A stretch of 64,000 nucleotides of DNA from Pseudomonadales bacterium (GCA_028223755.1 JAOIUY010000006.1:24564-88563), one strand, 5' to 3'. Shown: positions 27,012 through 36,401, counted from the first letter of the stretch. Notes: generated by a model from the letters alone, not told the origin. Numbers and translations: made by a program.

Positions 27012-30000
27012 ATGTTTGAGAAATCTTGTCTTGTCGGTTCGTTAATGACTGCACTTTTATCTTTTTGCTTAGCTATTGGGGCAAGTGTAAACGCCTATGC
27101 CTTCGATGTAGAAGCCGATAGCGTCGATAACACGGTCTATATCTTGCTGCGCAACTTAAATGCGGGCGACTCTTACGATTCTATTAGCATTAATAACGCG
27201 TCTCCGGGCATTGTGAGCAGCGCTTCGGCTAATATTATTCCGGCATCGGTTTCTGCCAGTGGCAGTGATCTTGCCTCAGTAGATTTTACGGTCTCATCCG
27301 CTGCGTTGTTGGGTGCGACGGGTGATCTTGAGATTACGGTTTCTGGCACAGTTTCCGGTCAGACGGTTGATGTTGATATTGTGGTGCCTCTTGAAGTGGT
27401 GGCTAATGTGGCCTCTGCGCAAGGGTTTGTTGGTACAGGCTTGCCGACACCGAATGCCTCGGGTGTCGATTCTGATAATGATGGCGTTAGCGACGCGCTA
27501 GAACTCGCTTTTGGTTCCGATCCTAATAATGTTGATTCTCAGCCGGGCGATCCGCTTGTCTTTATCGAAGTCAACGTTCCGATGATGGGCGTATTCGCCA
27601 CGATGGCAATGGGTCTATGTTTTCTTGTTTTTGGTTCAGCTGCTGTGCGCCGCAATGCGAGCGTATTGATGTTGGTGGCGGTGACTTTTTTACCGATGGA
27701 CTTAAATGCCGGTTCATCGACACGTATTCATTTGATTGCTGAGATTCCAATTCCGCCGCCACCGCCAGTGCTTTTATCGATTGAAAGCGCTACGGCGAGT
27801 TCACAATTAACGCCTGCAGCGTTGGCCTTTGATGGCAGTATCACTACCCGTTGGGAGTCTACCCACGGTATTGATCCGCAAACGCTTACTGTTGATTTAG
27901 GTGCAACGCATTTATTGTCAGAAGTTGTTATTCAGTGGGAAGCCGCTAATGCGGCGAGCTATCGTATTGATGGTTCGTTAGATGGCAGCAATTGGACGAC
28001 TGATTTAGCGTCTTTTTCGGGCGGTACTTGGGACCCAGGTGCGGGTGTGAGACGCACCGATACGTTGTCGCTATCAGGCAGTTATCGCTATGTGCGTATG
28101 TATGGCCTAACTCGTCCGGCGGGTAACTCTTACGGCTATTCTATTTGGGAGATTGACGTTTATGGTAATGCCATTATCGATACCGATAATGACGGTGTTG
28201 CCGATAGTGATGATCAATGTCCGAGTACACCGGCTGGCAGTGATGTTGATGCTAACGGTTGCGTTATTGTTGATACCGATAATGATGGTGTGCCCGATGC
28301 CGCAGATTTATGTTCAAACACACCGGCAGGTAGTTATGTTGATGCAAGTGGTTGTGCGATTAATGCTGTGTTGATTTCGGCAACGGCGAGCGCTAGTTCT
28401 GGTACCGGTATTGCCAGCCTTGCTGTTGATGGCAATATGGCATCTCGCTGGGCATCTGCTGCTGGCACTGATCCAAGTTGGCTGCAATTAGATTTTGGCA
28501 GTGTTTATGATTTAGCGTACGTGACGATTGACTGGGAAGCTGCGAATGCCGCGACCTATGAGATCCAAGGTTCGATGAACGGTGAAGACTGGACAATACT
28601 TGCGAGCGAGTCGGGCGGTGTTTTTGGTGATCGTACTGACACCGTCACTGTGTCGGGCATGTATCGCTATGTTCGTATGAATGGTTTAACCCGCACCAGT
28701 GTTTATGGGTATTCTATTTGGGAGATGAAAGTCTACGGCGAAGAAGCGCCTGATACCGATGGTGATGGCGTATCCGATAGCTTGGATCAGTGCCCGAATA
28801 CCACGGCTGGCAGCAGCGTGGATGCAAACGGTTGTGTTATTTTGGATAGCGATAATGACGGCGTGCCGGATAGTGCCGATCTCTGTTCGAACACAGCGGC
28901 GGATGCTCTGGTTGATGCGAACGGCTGTGAGATTATTATTTATGTGAATGAAGTTGCCTCCATCAACGGAATCTTGGCGGGTGGTTCAGGTTCTAGCCAG
29001 CCGGGCATCACGTTATATGTGTTTGATAACGACCCTGTTAATGGTGGCGTGAGTAATTGTAATGGTGGTTGTGCAACCAATTGGCCGCCACTGTTAGTGA
29101 GTGACGGTGTGCCATCGGGCGTGTCTGACTTGAGCATTGTTGTGCGAGCAGATGGTACAGAGCAAGTGGCTTATAACGGTCGACCACTGTATTACTTTAT
29201 TGCCGACTCGGCGGTGGGCGATACCAATGGCGATGGTGCGGGTGGTGTTTGGCATACAATTGCTTATGCACAGCTCTATGCGAATTTGTTTGATAACACC
29301 GCGGTGTTAGAGCCAGATACGCAATTTGAAACAGCGGATGCTTTAGTCACGCGATGGTCTGATCGTCCGCGTACTCGCCATGCGCGCGAAGCACAATATC
29401 AGTCTTATGATCATTACATTAAATTTTATTTTGAAGATCGCTCAAGCAATGTTGAAATTGTTGATTATGTTGCTAAAGGTGGCGATACCATTGAAATGAA
29501 CGTGCGGACTATTTTTCCGCTTAGCAACAGCCAAGCAGAAAACCGTTGGTGGTTTGCAAGCCCTAGTGCCAAGTACATGAGTAATACCATCATGGATTAT
29601 AAAGGCTTTGACGGGACTTATTATCACTACCAAAAAGTAGGGACAAATAACCCGCGTACAAATAGTGCTATTGCGGTGGGTGATCGTCTTGAAATTGAAA
29701 TTAGTCAATTCAGTGCGCCGGGTATTCCGCGTGGTCAGGCGAATTATTACGGCACGGTGTTTTTGTATATTGTCGGCGAAGGTATTGTGCCTTGGTATGC
29801 AGAAGCCGGTAATGAAGACAGCCAAAAAATTCCTGAAGAATATTGGCTGGGTGGTGAAACGACGATTCATTACCAGTACTCGGATGAGCCGAATGATCAT
29901 TTCTTACAGATGGCAACCAACTTAGGTTACGACAACGGTCAAAACTTTTTATTGGGTCGTCGTGTACATCACTCATCGTTTGTTAGCGGTTTGCATGATG

Positions 30001-31154
30001 AAGATCCTGCTAATGGCGTGTTAAGCAGCAATGCTGGTTTAGCGGGTACGCGTTATATTAATGAACGTTGTTCTGATTGCCATGAAAGAAATGGCAGCGC
30101 GCCGGTCGCTGATAATGGTGAATTACTTGATCGCTGGGTATTTAAAGTCGGTGATGCTAACGGTAATGAAGATCCGAACCGTGGTCATGTATTACAACCT
30201 AACGGCAGCGCGGGTGAGGGCAGTGTATCCATTGCTTCATGGACAGAGCTTGGTAATGGTTTACGCACACCTAACTACCAATTTACCGGTGGCACGCCAG
30301 CGACATTCTCTGCGCGGATTGCACCACGCTTAGTAGGTTTAGGATTGTTAGAAGCCATTATTGAATCGGATATTGAAGCACTGGCAGATCCTAATGATCT
30401 TAATAGCGATGGTATTTCGGGTCGAATGAATATTGTTGCTGATGCTGTTACCGGACAAAATCGTGTCGGTCGTTTTGGTTGGAAGGCCGCGCAGCCGACA
30501 GTTAAACAACATACCGCATCAGCATTGAGTACTGACTTGGGTGTGCGTACCTCGGTTGTACCGAATCCAGACTGTGGTTCGGCACAAACCAATTGTGGTG
30601 AAAATAGCCCACTGATGTCGGATGAAAATCTTGATAATTTAACGCTATATCTTTCTGCTTTAGGTGTTCGTCCTCAGCGCGTTTGGAAGGAAGGCGTAGA
30701 AGATCAGCAAGTATTGCAAGGCCGTGAGCTATTTAGAAATAGTGGCTGCGTAGATTGTCATACGGAGACTTTCCAGACGAGTGAATATCATCCTTTAGCC
30801 GAAGTGCGTAACCAAACCATTCACCCCTATAGCGATATGTTATTGCACGATATGGGTCCTGGACTTGCCGATAATTTAGGTGAAGGTGAGGCAACGGGTA
30901 GTGAATGGCGAACAACGCCGCTATGGGGGCTGGGCTTATCGGCTTGTGTGACAGGCGGCGTGATTAATCCTTCGGGTACAGAGGGTGGCGAGAGTTGTAC
31001 GCCGCATCATGCTTATCTTCACGATGGTCGCGCGCGTTCAATTGACGAAGCGATTAGGTGGCACGGCGGTGAAGCGGCTACTTCGCAGGCTGCTTACAGT
31101 GTTATGAGTGCCAGCGATAAGGCCTTGATGATTCGTTTCTTAGAATCGTTGTAA
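27012..31154 (+). CDS. 1380-aa exported mosaic protein: N-terminal domain, sorting-signal-like TM, 2x(F5/8 type C + 2 TSP3 repeats), YxFxxD (COG4315-like) domain, unknown ~230-aa region, DUF1111-type di-haem cytochrome c domain
   Basis: Signal peptide ..ASVNAYA. Discoidin signatures are DGSITTRWES..VDLG..YRYVRMYG and DGNMASRWAS..LDFG..YRYVRMNG. TSP3 repeats are of the DTDNDGVxDxxDxCP type. The YxFxxD domain reads LYVFDND..CNGGCATNWPP..GRPLYYF. CxxCH sites are at 30069-30083 (CSDCH) and 30747-30761 (CVDCH). DUF1111 hallmarks are GRFGWKA and YLHDGRARSIDEAIRWHGGEA. Confidence 0.8.
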   Translation: MFEKSCLVGSLMTALLSFCLAIGASVNAYAFDVEADSVDNTVYILLRNLNAGDSYDSISINNASPGIVSSASANIIPASVSASGSDLASVDFTVSSAALLGATGDLEITVSGTVSGQTVDVDIVVPLEVVANVASAQGFVGTGLPTPNASGVDSDNDGVSDALELAFGSDPNNVDSQPGDPLVFIEVNVPMMGVFATMAMGLCFLVFGSAAVRRNASVLMLVAVTFLPMDLNAGSSTRIHLIAEIPIPPPPPVLLSIESATASSQLTPAALAFDGSITTRWESTHGIDPQTLTVDLGATHLLSEVVIQWEAANAASYRIDGSLDGSNWTTDLASFSGGTWDPGAGVRRTDTLSLSGSYRYVRMYGLTRPAGNSYGYSIWEIDVYGNAIIDTDNDGVADSDDQCPSTPAGSDVDANGCVIVDTDNDGVPDAADLCSNTPAGSYVDASGCAINAVLISATASASSGTGIASLAVDGNMASRWASAAGTDPSWLQLDFGSVYDLAYVTIDWEAANAATYEIQGSMNGEDWTILASESGGVFGDRTDTVTVSGMYRYVRMNGLTRTSVYGYSIWEMKVYGEEAPDTDGDGVSDSLDQCPNTTAGSSVDANGCVILDSDNDGVPDSADLCSNTAADALVDANGCEIIIYVNEVASINGILAGGSGSSQPGITLYVFDNDPVNGGVSNCNGGCATNWPPLLVSDGVPSGVSDLSIVVRADGTEQVAYNGRPLYYFIADSAVGDTNGDGAGGVWHTIAYAQLYANLFDNTAVLEPDTQFETADALVTRWSDRPRTRHAREAQYQSYDHYIKFYFEDRSSNVEIVDYVAKGGDTIEMNVRTIFPLSNSQAENRWWFASPSAKYMSNTIMDYKGFDGTYYHYQKVGTNNPRTNSAIAVGDRLEIEISQFSAPGIPRGQANYYGTVFLYIVGEGIVPWYAEAGNEDSQKIPEEYWLGGETTIHYQYSDEPNDHFLQMATNLGYDNGQNFLLGRRVHHSSFVSGLHDEDPANGVLSSNAGLAGTRYINERCSDCHERNGSAPVADNGELLDRWVFKVGDANGNEDPNRGHVLQPNGSAGEGSVSIASWTELGNGLRTPNYQFTGGTPATFSARIAPRLVGLGLLEAIIESDIEALADPNDLNSDGISGRMNIVADAVTGQNRVGRFGWKAAQPTVKQHTASALSTDLGVRTSVVPNPDCGSAQTNCGENSPLMSDENLDNLTLYLSALGVRPQRVWKEGVEDQQVLQGRELFRNSGCVDCHTETFQTSEYHPLAEVRNQTIHPYSDMLLHDMGPGLADNLGEGEATGSEWRTTPLWGLGLSACVTGGVINPSGTEGGESCTPHHAYLHDGRARSIDEAIRWHGGEAATSQAAYSVMSASDKALMIRFLESL
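27576..27656 (+). other. Internal PEP-CTERM/IPTL-CTERM-like segment (motif, TM helix, RR) at residues 189-215 of the mosaic protein
   Basis: VPMMGVFATMAMGLCFLVFGSAAVRRN, preceded by a TSP3-like DSDNDGVSD and followed in frame by a second short hydrophobic stretch, VLMLVAVTFLPM. Confidence 0.5.
27777..28931 (+). repeat. Intragenic tandem duplication of a [discoidin + two TSP3 repeats] module
   Basis: Residues ~256-450 and ~453-640 are collinear paralogues at both protein and DNA level, for example gataccgataatgacggtgt.. versus gataccgatggtgatggcgt... Confidence 0.75.
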
Positions 31155-31176
31155 GAGTTTATTGGGTTTACGATTA

Positions 31177-31210
31177 ACGACAACAGAATGCTGGCGCATT
31201 TTGTTGTCGT
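31177..31210. terminator. Hairpin after the mosaic gene (no U-tract)
   Basis: ACGACAACAGAATG / CATTTTGTTGTCGT, a 14-bp stem with one mismatch and a 6-nt loop. It lacks a T-run on either strand. Confidence 0.35.
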
Positions 31211-31308
31211 TGTATAAAAAGTAAATCAGAAATGACATTCGAGTTTTAGATAATCCAGCCACACGCCTTAAATTTATTGAGTAAATAAAAGACGCATGGT
31301 TGTAAAGA

Positions 31309-31385
31309 TGGTGGGCCTGGAGTGACTCGAACACTCGACCTGCCGATTATGAGTCGGATGCTCTAACCAACTGAGCTACAGGCCC
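31309..31385 (-). tRNA. tRNA with CAT anticodon (elongator Met, or Ile2 if lysidine-modified), encoded CCA
   Basis: The reverse complement GGGCCTGTAGCTCAGTTGGTTAGAGCATCCGACTCATAATCGGCAGGTCGAGTGTTCGAGTCACTCCAGGCCCACCA folds as a cloverleaf with a 7-bp acceptor stem, G1-C72 (so not an initiator) and loop CTCATAA. It lies downstream of rpoD, as ileX does in E. coli. Confidence 0.9.
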
Positions 31386-31437
31386 AAATTTGTGATGCTG
31401 GGGACATCTTACTTCTGTTACTACCACGGCCCATTAC

Positions 31438-31477
31438 ATTATGAGTCGGATGCTCTAACCAACTGAGCTAAGGGCCC
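31438..31477 (-). pseudogene. Truncated copy of the 5' half of the neighbouring tRNA
   Basis: 31438-31470 is identical (33/33 nt) to 31346-31378. The acceptor 5' arm is GGGCCCT versus GGGCCTG. The sequence after the anticodon loop does not continue the tRNA. Confidence 0.7.
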
Positions 31478-31516
31478 TTAACTGGATAAGTTAAGTGAGA
31501 AATGTCGAGGCAATAA

Positions 31517-33337
31517 TTACTCGTCGAGGAAGCTGCGTAAATGATCCGAGCGCGAAGGATGACGTAATTTACGCAATGCCTTAGCTTCTATCTGACGAAT
31601 CCGCTCACGCGTTACATCAAACTGTTTGCCCACCTCTTCTAAGGTGTGGTCAGTATTCATTTCAATACCAAAACGCATTCTTAATACCTTAGCTTCACGC
31701 GCTGTTAGGCTACCTAAAACATCAGTCGTCGCATCACGTAAACTTTGATCGGTCGCCGAATCAATCGGTGAATCAACCGTACCATCTTCAATAAAGTCAC
31801 CTAGGTGCGAATCTTCGTCGTCACCAATCGGTGTTTCCATTGAGATAGGTTCTTTAGCAATCTTTAAGACTTTACGTACTTTGTCTTCGGGCATTTCCAT
31901 GCGCTCGCCTAATTCTTCTGGCGTTGGCTCGCGACCAATTTCTTGTAACATCTGACGCGAAATACGATTCAGTTTATTAATCGTTTCAATCATGTGCACT
32001 GGAATACGAATAGTCCGCGCCTGATCCGCAATCGAGCGAGTAATCGCCTGACGAATCCACCAAGTCGCATAAGTCGAGAATTTATAACCACGGCGGTATT
32101 CAAATTTATCAACCGCTTTCATTAGGCCGATGTTGCCTTCTTGAATAAGGTCAAGGAATTGCAAACCACGGTTGGTGTATTTTTTAGCAATCGAGATAAC
32201 TAGACGTAAGTTAGCTTCAACCATTTCTTTCTTGGCGCGTCGTGCACGGGCTTCACCCAGTGACATGCGACGGTTGATATCTTTAATCTCGGCAATGTTC
32301 AGCTCAACGGCTTCTTCAATGCTATTGATTTTACGCTGCGCACGAAGAATATCTTCGCGAACCATTGATAGTTTATTAGCAGAGGGTTGCTCGCCAGCTT
32401 TAATGATCTCGTCAATCCATTCGATCTCGGTCTCGTGACCCACAAACGCTTTAATAAATGTTTTGCGTGGAATCTTTGATACCTTGCAGCACAGGCGCAT
32501 AATCTCGCGCTCTTGCTCACGAACTTGATACAGCGTGACGCGAGGTGCGTTCATAACTGGATCGAGAATACGTGGGACAAGTTTTAAATATTTGAATTTC
32601 TCGCCTAGCTCAAAAAGATTTTTGACTGACGATGAGGCATCACGGCCATAACGTTTAATAGAGCGCTCGGCTTTAACGTGATACTCGGCAATTTCGTCGA
32701 AGCGCATTTTTGCTTCTTCAGGATCCGGACCATTGTCGACCACTTCATCTTCAGCTTCGCCGTTGGCGGCTTTTGCTGTTTTAGCGGCTTGGGCATCAGC
32801 AATTTCTTGCGCTGAAGGAACCGAGTCGGCTGGGTTGAGGTAGCCAATTAAAACGTCAGAGAGTTTTTTCTCTTCGGTTTCGGTTAGGGCGTACTCAATT
32901 AAAATGCTGTTAACGGCATTCGGATAGCAAGCCAAAGCCGCCATCATTTCACGAATACCTTCTTCGATACGTTTAGCGATGGCAATTTCGCCTTCGCGGG
33001 TCAGTAGCTCAACAGTACCCATTTCACGCATATACATGCGCACTGGGTCGGTGGTGCGACCGGCTTCTGTTTCTACAGCAGCAAGGGCTGCGGCAGCTTC
33101 AGCAGCGGCGATATCATCGGTAGAATCGTTTTCGGCAAGGAGTAAATCATCGGCATCGGGTGCTGTTTCAAACACCTTAATACCCATGTCGTTAATCATT
33201 TGAATGATATCTTCAACCTGATCGGGATCAGAAATATCTTCGGGTAGGTGATCGTTTACCTCGGCATAGGTTAAATACCCTTGCTCTTTCCCTCGAGTGA
33301 TTAATTCCTTAATGCGAGATTGTTTCTCGTCAGACAT
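31517..33337 (-). CDS. rpoD: RNA polymerase sigma-70
   Basis: Regions 1.1-4.2 are present, including [39 protein letters not shown] and the C-terminus RSFLDE. AGGAAG Shine-Dalgarno sequence. Confidence 0.97.
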   Translation of the reverse strand: MSDEKQSRIKELITRGKEQGYLTYAEVNDHLPEDISDPDQVEDIIQMINDMGIKVFETAPDADDLLLAENDSTDDIAAAEAAAALAAVETEAGRTTDPVRMYMREMGTVELLTREGEIAIAKRIEEGIREMMAALACYPNAVNSILIEYALTETEEKKLSDVLIGYLNPADSVPSAQEIADAQAAKTAKAANGEAEDEVVDNGPDPEEAKMRFDEIAEYHVKAERSIKRYGRDASSSVKNLFELGEKFKYLKLVPRILDPVMNAPRVTLYQVREQEREIMRLCCKVSKIPRKTFIKAFVGHETEIEWIDEIIKAGEQPSANKLSMVREDILRAQRKINSIEEAVELNIAEIKDINRRMSLGEARARRAKKEMVEANLRLVISIAKKYTNRGLQFLDLIQEGNIGLMKAVDKFEYRRGYKFSTYATWWIRQAITRSIADQARTIRIPVHMIETINKLNRISRQMLQEIGREPTPEELGERMEMPEDKVRKVLKIAKEPISMETPIGDDEDSHLGDFIEDGTVDSPIDSATDQSLRDATTDVLGSLTAREAKVLRMRFGIEMNTDHTLEEVGKQFDVTRERIRQIEAKALRKLRHPSRSDHLRSFLDE

Positions 33338-33910
33338 GTGCTTACTTCCTGAAAAATATCAAAGCTGGTTAGTTATATTGTGTGATTTATCATTGTCTTT
33401 AGTGTATCCACACTCTAATCCAGACAAACGTGCTTACTGTCTACGGGTAGCCGATAGCGCGGTGACTTGCTCAATGCACGCTTGTTAGCTCAATAATAGT
33501 CGTTAAATAGCGTACCCAATGACTAAAACATGAATAAGCTAACAACATCACTTCCGTATTTGTACTTCTGTATATTTGTATCCGTATTTAAAACGGTGTC
33601 TTGATAATGATTTTGTGGCTCAAAGAACCAAAATAAGCATTATCGAGATATGTCTATATCGGCCTGATAGGCTTGATACGGCTAAAAATTAGCCAGACAT
33701 TATAACGTATAGTGACGAAATCGTATAACGATAAAAGGCTTTAAGGCGCAGAAAATTAGCCAAAAACGGTGATTAGCGATGAAAATAGTCGATTGAGCTG
33801 TTTTTGAGCCGATCATCAGCAGTCTAATGCTCGCATTCGTAGCTGATTGTTGCTGAATTCAGTGAGTGTTGCAGTGAGTCAGCATTTGGCGGTTTTGGCT
33901 GAGCTTAACG

Positions 33911-35791
33911 CTATTGCCTTTTGTTTAAACCAATCGATTTAAGCTTTTTTCGTTCGTCTTCGCTTAAGTCTGACAATGGTTTGAGCTCGAGTTCCGCAAG
34001 AAATTGACTCAGTTCACGACCGTCAAATTGTTCTTGGATACGCTTTAAGACATCGGCAAGCTCTTGCTCGGCAACGGCTTCTTGCTCGGAGGGTTTATGA
34101 CGGCTAGCGCAATGATTCAATGCTGCGGCTTCGGCGGTTCCATGCCAGTAGCCGAGCAGCATGCTGGTGGTGACGGCTTGTGTTTGCGCTTGAATATGAT
34201 TGAACAATTTAAGTAATAACTTAGCTTCGTCGCTATTAATGGTGGCAACACAGCTGGGCATATCACTGGTTTTAGCTAGTTGCGGATAGTGCAGTAACAA
34301 TGCAATAGCCCAGACGATGGGTGTTTTTTCTAGGCCTAGTTCAGTCGTGGCTGGCTTATTGGGGTTTGCTGTTGTCTTATTTTGCAGTTCTTTATTTGCC
34401 GCTGGTTTAATCTGCTCATTATCACTGCTACCGGCTTTTGTTAAAGCAGGTTTCTTGGCGGCGGCTAATTCTGCTTCGCGTGATTGCAATAAGCTGATAT
34501 CAGCGCCGGTCTCATTGGCTAATCGACTCAGCATTAATTGTTTGAATACGCCATGAGGCAGCTGTTGAATTAGCGGTAAAGCACTTTGACTTAACTTGGC
34601 TTTGCCAGCAACAGAGTCGAGGTTAATACCCTCGCTGGCTGTTGCAAATAAAAAGTCTTCTAGCGGCATAGCTTGGTCAACGGTGTGAAAGAAAGCTTCT
34701 TTGCCATTGCTCCGCACATAAGTGTCGGGGTCTTCGCCGTCGGGTAAGAATAAAAAGCACACCTCGCGACCATCAGACATGGCGGGCAGGGCGGTTTCAA
34801 GTAAGCGTCCTGCTGCTTTTTTACCGGCATTATCGCCATCAAAGCAAACCACTAGCTTGCTGGTATGGCGAAAGATTTTTTCAAGATGATAGATGCTGCT
34901 TGCGGTGCCGAGTGTCGCAACAGCGTTGGTAATGCCGTACTGCACCAGAGACACAACGTCCATATAGCCTTCAACCATCAACAAGTAATCGAGCTGGCGG
35001 TTGGCTTTGCGGGCTTCGTAAAGACCGTAGAGTTCGCGCTGCTTATGGAAGACGGGCGTTTCGGGTGAGTTTAAGTATTTCGGTTTATCATCATTGAGAA
35101 CGCGACCGCCAAAGGCAATAACGCGACCACGGTTATCGCGGATCGGAAAGATAATGCGCTCACGAAAGCGATCATAAAAATCGCCATTCTCTTTTTTAAC
35201 CAGCATGCCGCAGGTTTCTAGTTGAGCAATTTTTTGTTGCTGTGCTTTGTTATCGTTGTTGTCAATTGCCTGCAATAAGTTATCCCAGCCTGGTGGCGCA
35301 TAGCCAATCCCAAAATCGCGGGCGACCTCACCACTTAAGCCGCGATTTTTTAAATAATCAATGGCCTGTGTTTTATTGCTGTGTTGGCGTAACTGGATTT
35401 GAAAGTGATGCGCTGTCCATGCCAGTACATCGTAAAGACTTTGCGCTTGGCTTTTACGTTGGCGCTGTAGGTCACTGTTACCACCGCTTTCTTCGCGAGG
35501 GACCTCAAGGCCAACCATAGCCGCCAGTGATTCTACCGCGGCGGGAAAATCGACATTTTCATAATCCATGATAAAGCTGATGCTATTACCGCCGGCACCA
35601 CAGCCAAAGCAGTAGAAGAATTGTTTATCGGGATTAACACTAAAGGAAGGCGTTTTTTCTTCGTGAAATGGGCAGCAGGCCGAATAATTACGGCCACTTT
35701 TTTTCAAGCTGACGCGGCGATCGATAACCTCGACAATATCGACTCGGTCGAGCACATCATCGATAAATTGTTGAGGAATGAGTCCGGCCAT
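33911..35791 (-). CDS. dnaG: DNA primase
   Basis: Zinc ribbon CPFHEEKTPSFSV..YCFGCGAGG, TOPRIM EGYMDV, and a C-terminal DnaB-interaction domain. Confidence 0.95.
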   Translation of the reverse strand: MAGLIPQQFIDDVLDRVDIVEVIDRRVSLKKSGRNYSACCPFHEEKTPSFSVNPDKQFFYCFGCGAGGNSISFIMDYENVDFPAAVESLAAMVGLEVPREESGGNSDLQRQRKSQAQSLYDVLAWTAHHFQIQLRQHSNKTQAIDYLKNRGLSGEVARDFGIGYAPPGWDNLLQAIDNNDNKAQQQKIAQLETCGMLVKKENGDFYDRFRERIIFPIRDNRGRVIAFGGRVLNDDKPKYLNSPETPVFHKQRELYGLYEARKANRQLDYLLMVEGYMDVVSLVQYGITNAVATLGTASSIYHLEKIFRHTSKLVVCFDGDNAGKKAAGRLLETALPAMSDGREVCFLFLPDGEDPDTYVRSNGKEAFFHTVDQAMPLEDFLFATASEGINLDSVAGKAKLSQSALPLIQQLPHGVFKQLMLSRLANETGADISLLQSREAELAAAKKPALTKAGSSDNEQIKPAANKELQNKTTANPNKPATTELGLEKTPIVWAIALLLHYPQLAKTSDMPSCVATINSDEAKLLLKLFNHIQAQTQAVTTSMLLGYWHGTAEAAALNHCASRHKPSEQEAVAEQELADVLKRIQEQFDGRELSQFLAELELKPLSDLSEDERKKLKSIGLNKRQ

Positions 35792-35805
35792 AGCTAAATT
35801 ATCAC

Positions 35806-36258
35806 TTACCCGAGAGCGGCTTTGATTTTGCCGCTGACAGCACCGATATCGGCACGGCCTTGCAGCTGAGGCTTAAGAATACCCATTACCTTGCCCATAT
35901 CTTTCATGCTCTGCGCACCCGAGGCACTAATCGCTTCGGCAATGAGGTCGGCAATTTCTTGCTCACTAAGCTGGGTGGGTAAGAAGGATTGAATGGTGAC
36001 CATTTCAGCTTCTTCAATTTCTGCTAGATCTTCACGGCTAGCGGCACGGAATTGTTCAATTGAATCGCGTCGCTGTTTGAGCATTTTATCTAACACCGCA
36101 ATAATGCGGTCGTTATCAATATCAATGCGCTCGTCGACTTCGATACGCTTGATCTCGGCGAGAATCAGGCGAATAGTGCTGAGTGTCGGCTTGTCTTTTG
36201 CGCGCATAGCGGCTTTCATAGCATCTTCAATGGCGATTTTCTGATCACACTTGCTCAC
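35806..36258 (-). CDS. yqeY: GatB/YqeY domain protein
   Basis: 150 aa; AMRAKDK..L.TIRLILAEIK pattern; located between rpsU and dnaG as in pseudomonads. Confidence 0.85.
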   Translation of the reverse strand: MSKCDQKIAIEDAMKAAMRAKDKPTLSTIRLILAEIKRIEVDERIDIDNDRIIAVLDKMLKQRRDSIEQFRAASREDLAEIEEAEMVTIQSFLPTQLSEQEIADLIAEAISASGAQSMKDMGKVMGILKPQLQGRADIGAVSGKIKAALG

Positions 36259-36343
36259 GGGCTATCCTCAGTTTTATGGTTGTTTAATGATTCGCTAATT
36301 ACTTAGAAGTATACAGTGAGCGATTCAGAGGTTATACGACTTT

Positions 36344-36377
36344 AAAAACAAAAAACCCGACGCGAGGTCGGGTTTTT
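36344..36377 (-). terminator. Internal terminator/attenuator after rpsU
   Basis: ACCCGAC / GTCGGGT, a 7-bp GC-rich stem with a 5-nt loop, followed on the minus strand by TTTTTGTTTTT. It is analogous to the T1 site of the E. coli rpsU-dnaG-rpoD operon. Confidence 0.65.
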
Positions 36378-36401
36378 GGGGCATGCTACACCAGTCGTTG
36401 A

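Noticed and set aside
29442-29976. Antisense ORFs of 152 and 88 aa, and alternative-frame ORFs (28153-28374, 28759-28947, 29665-25, 30061-30333), within the mosaic gene.
   Set aside because: These are shadows of a long coding frame. The 28.1-28.9 kb pair simply mirrors the duplicated TSP3 DNA. Their translations are Arg/Met/Val-rich nonsense with no motifs.
33338-33910. Unusually long (~570 nt) dnaG-rpoD spacer with small hairpins (GGCTAA-AAA-TTAGCC) and short direct repeats (AAAATTAGCCA).
   Set aside because: I found no ORF with a start and Shine-Dalgarno sequence, no extended repeat and no recognisable RNA motif. It probably holds the internal rpoD promoters. Noted only as longer than in E. 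coli.
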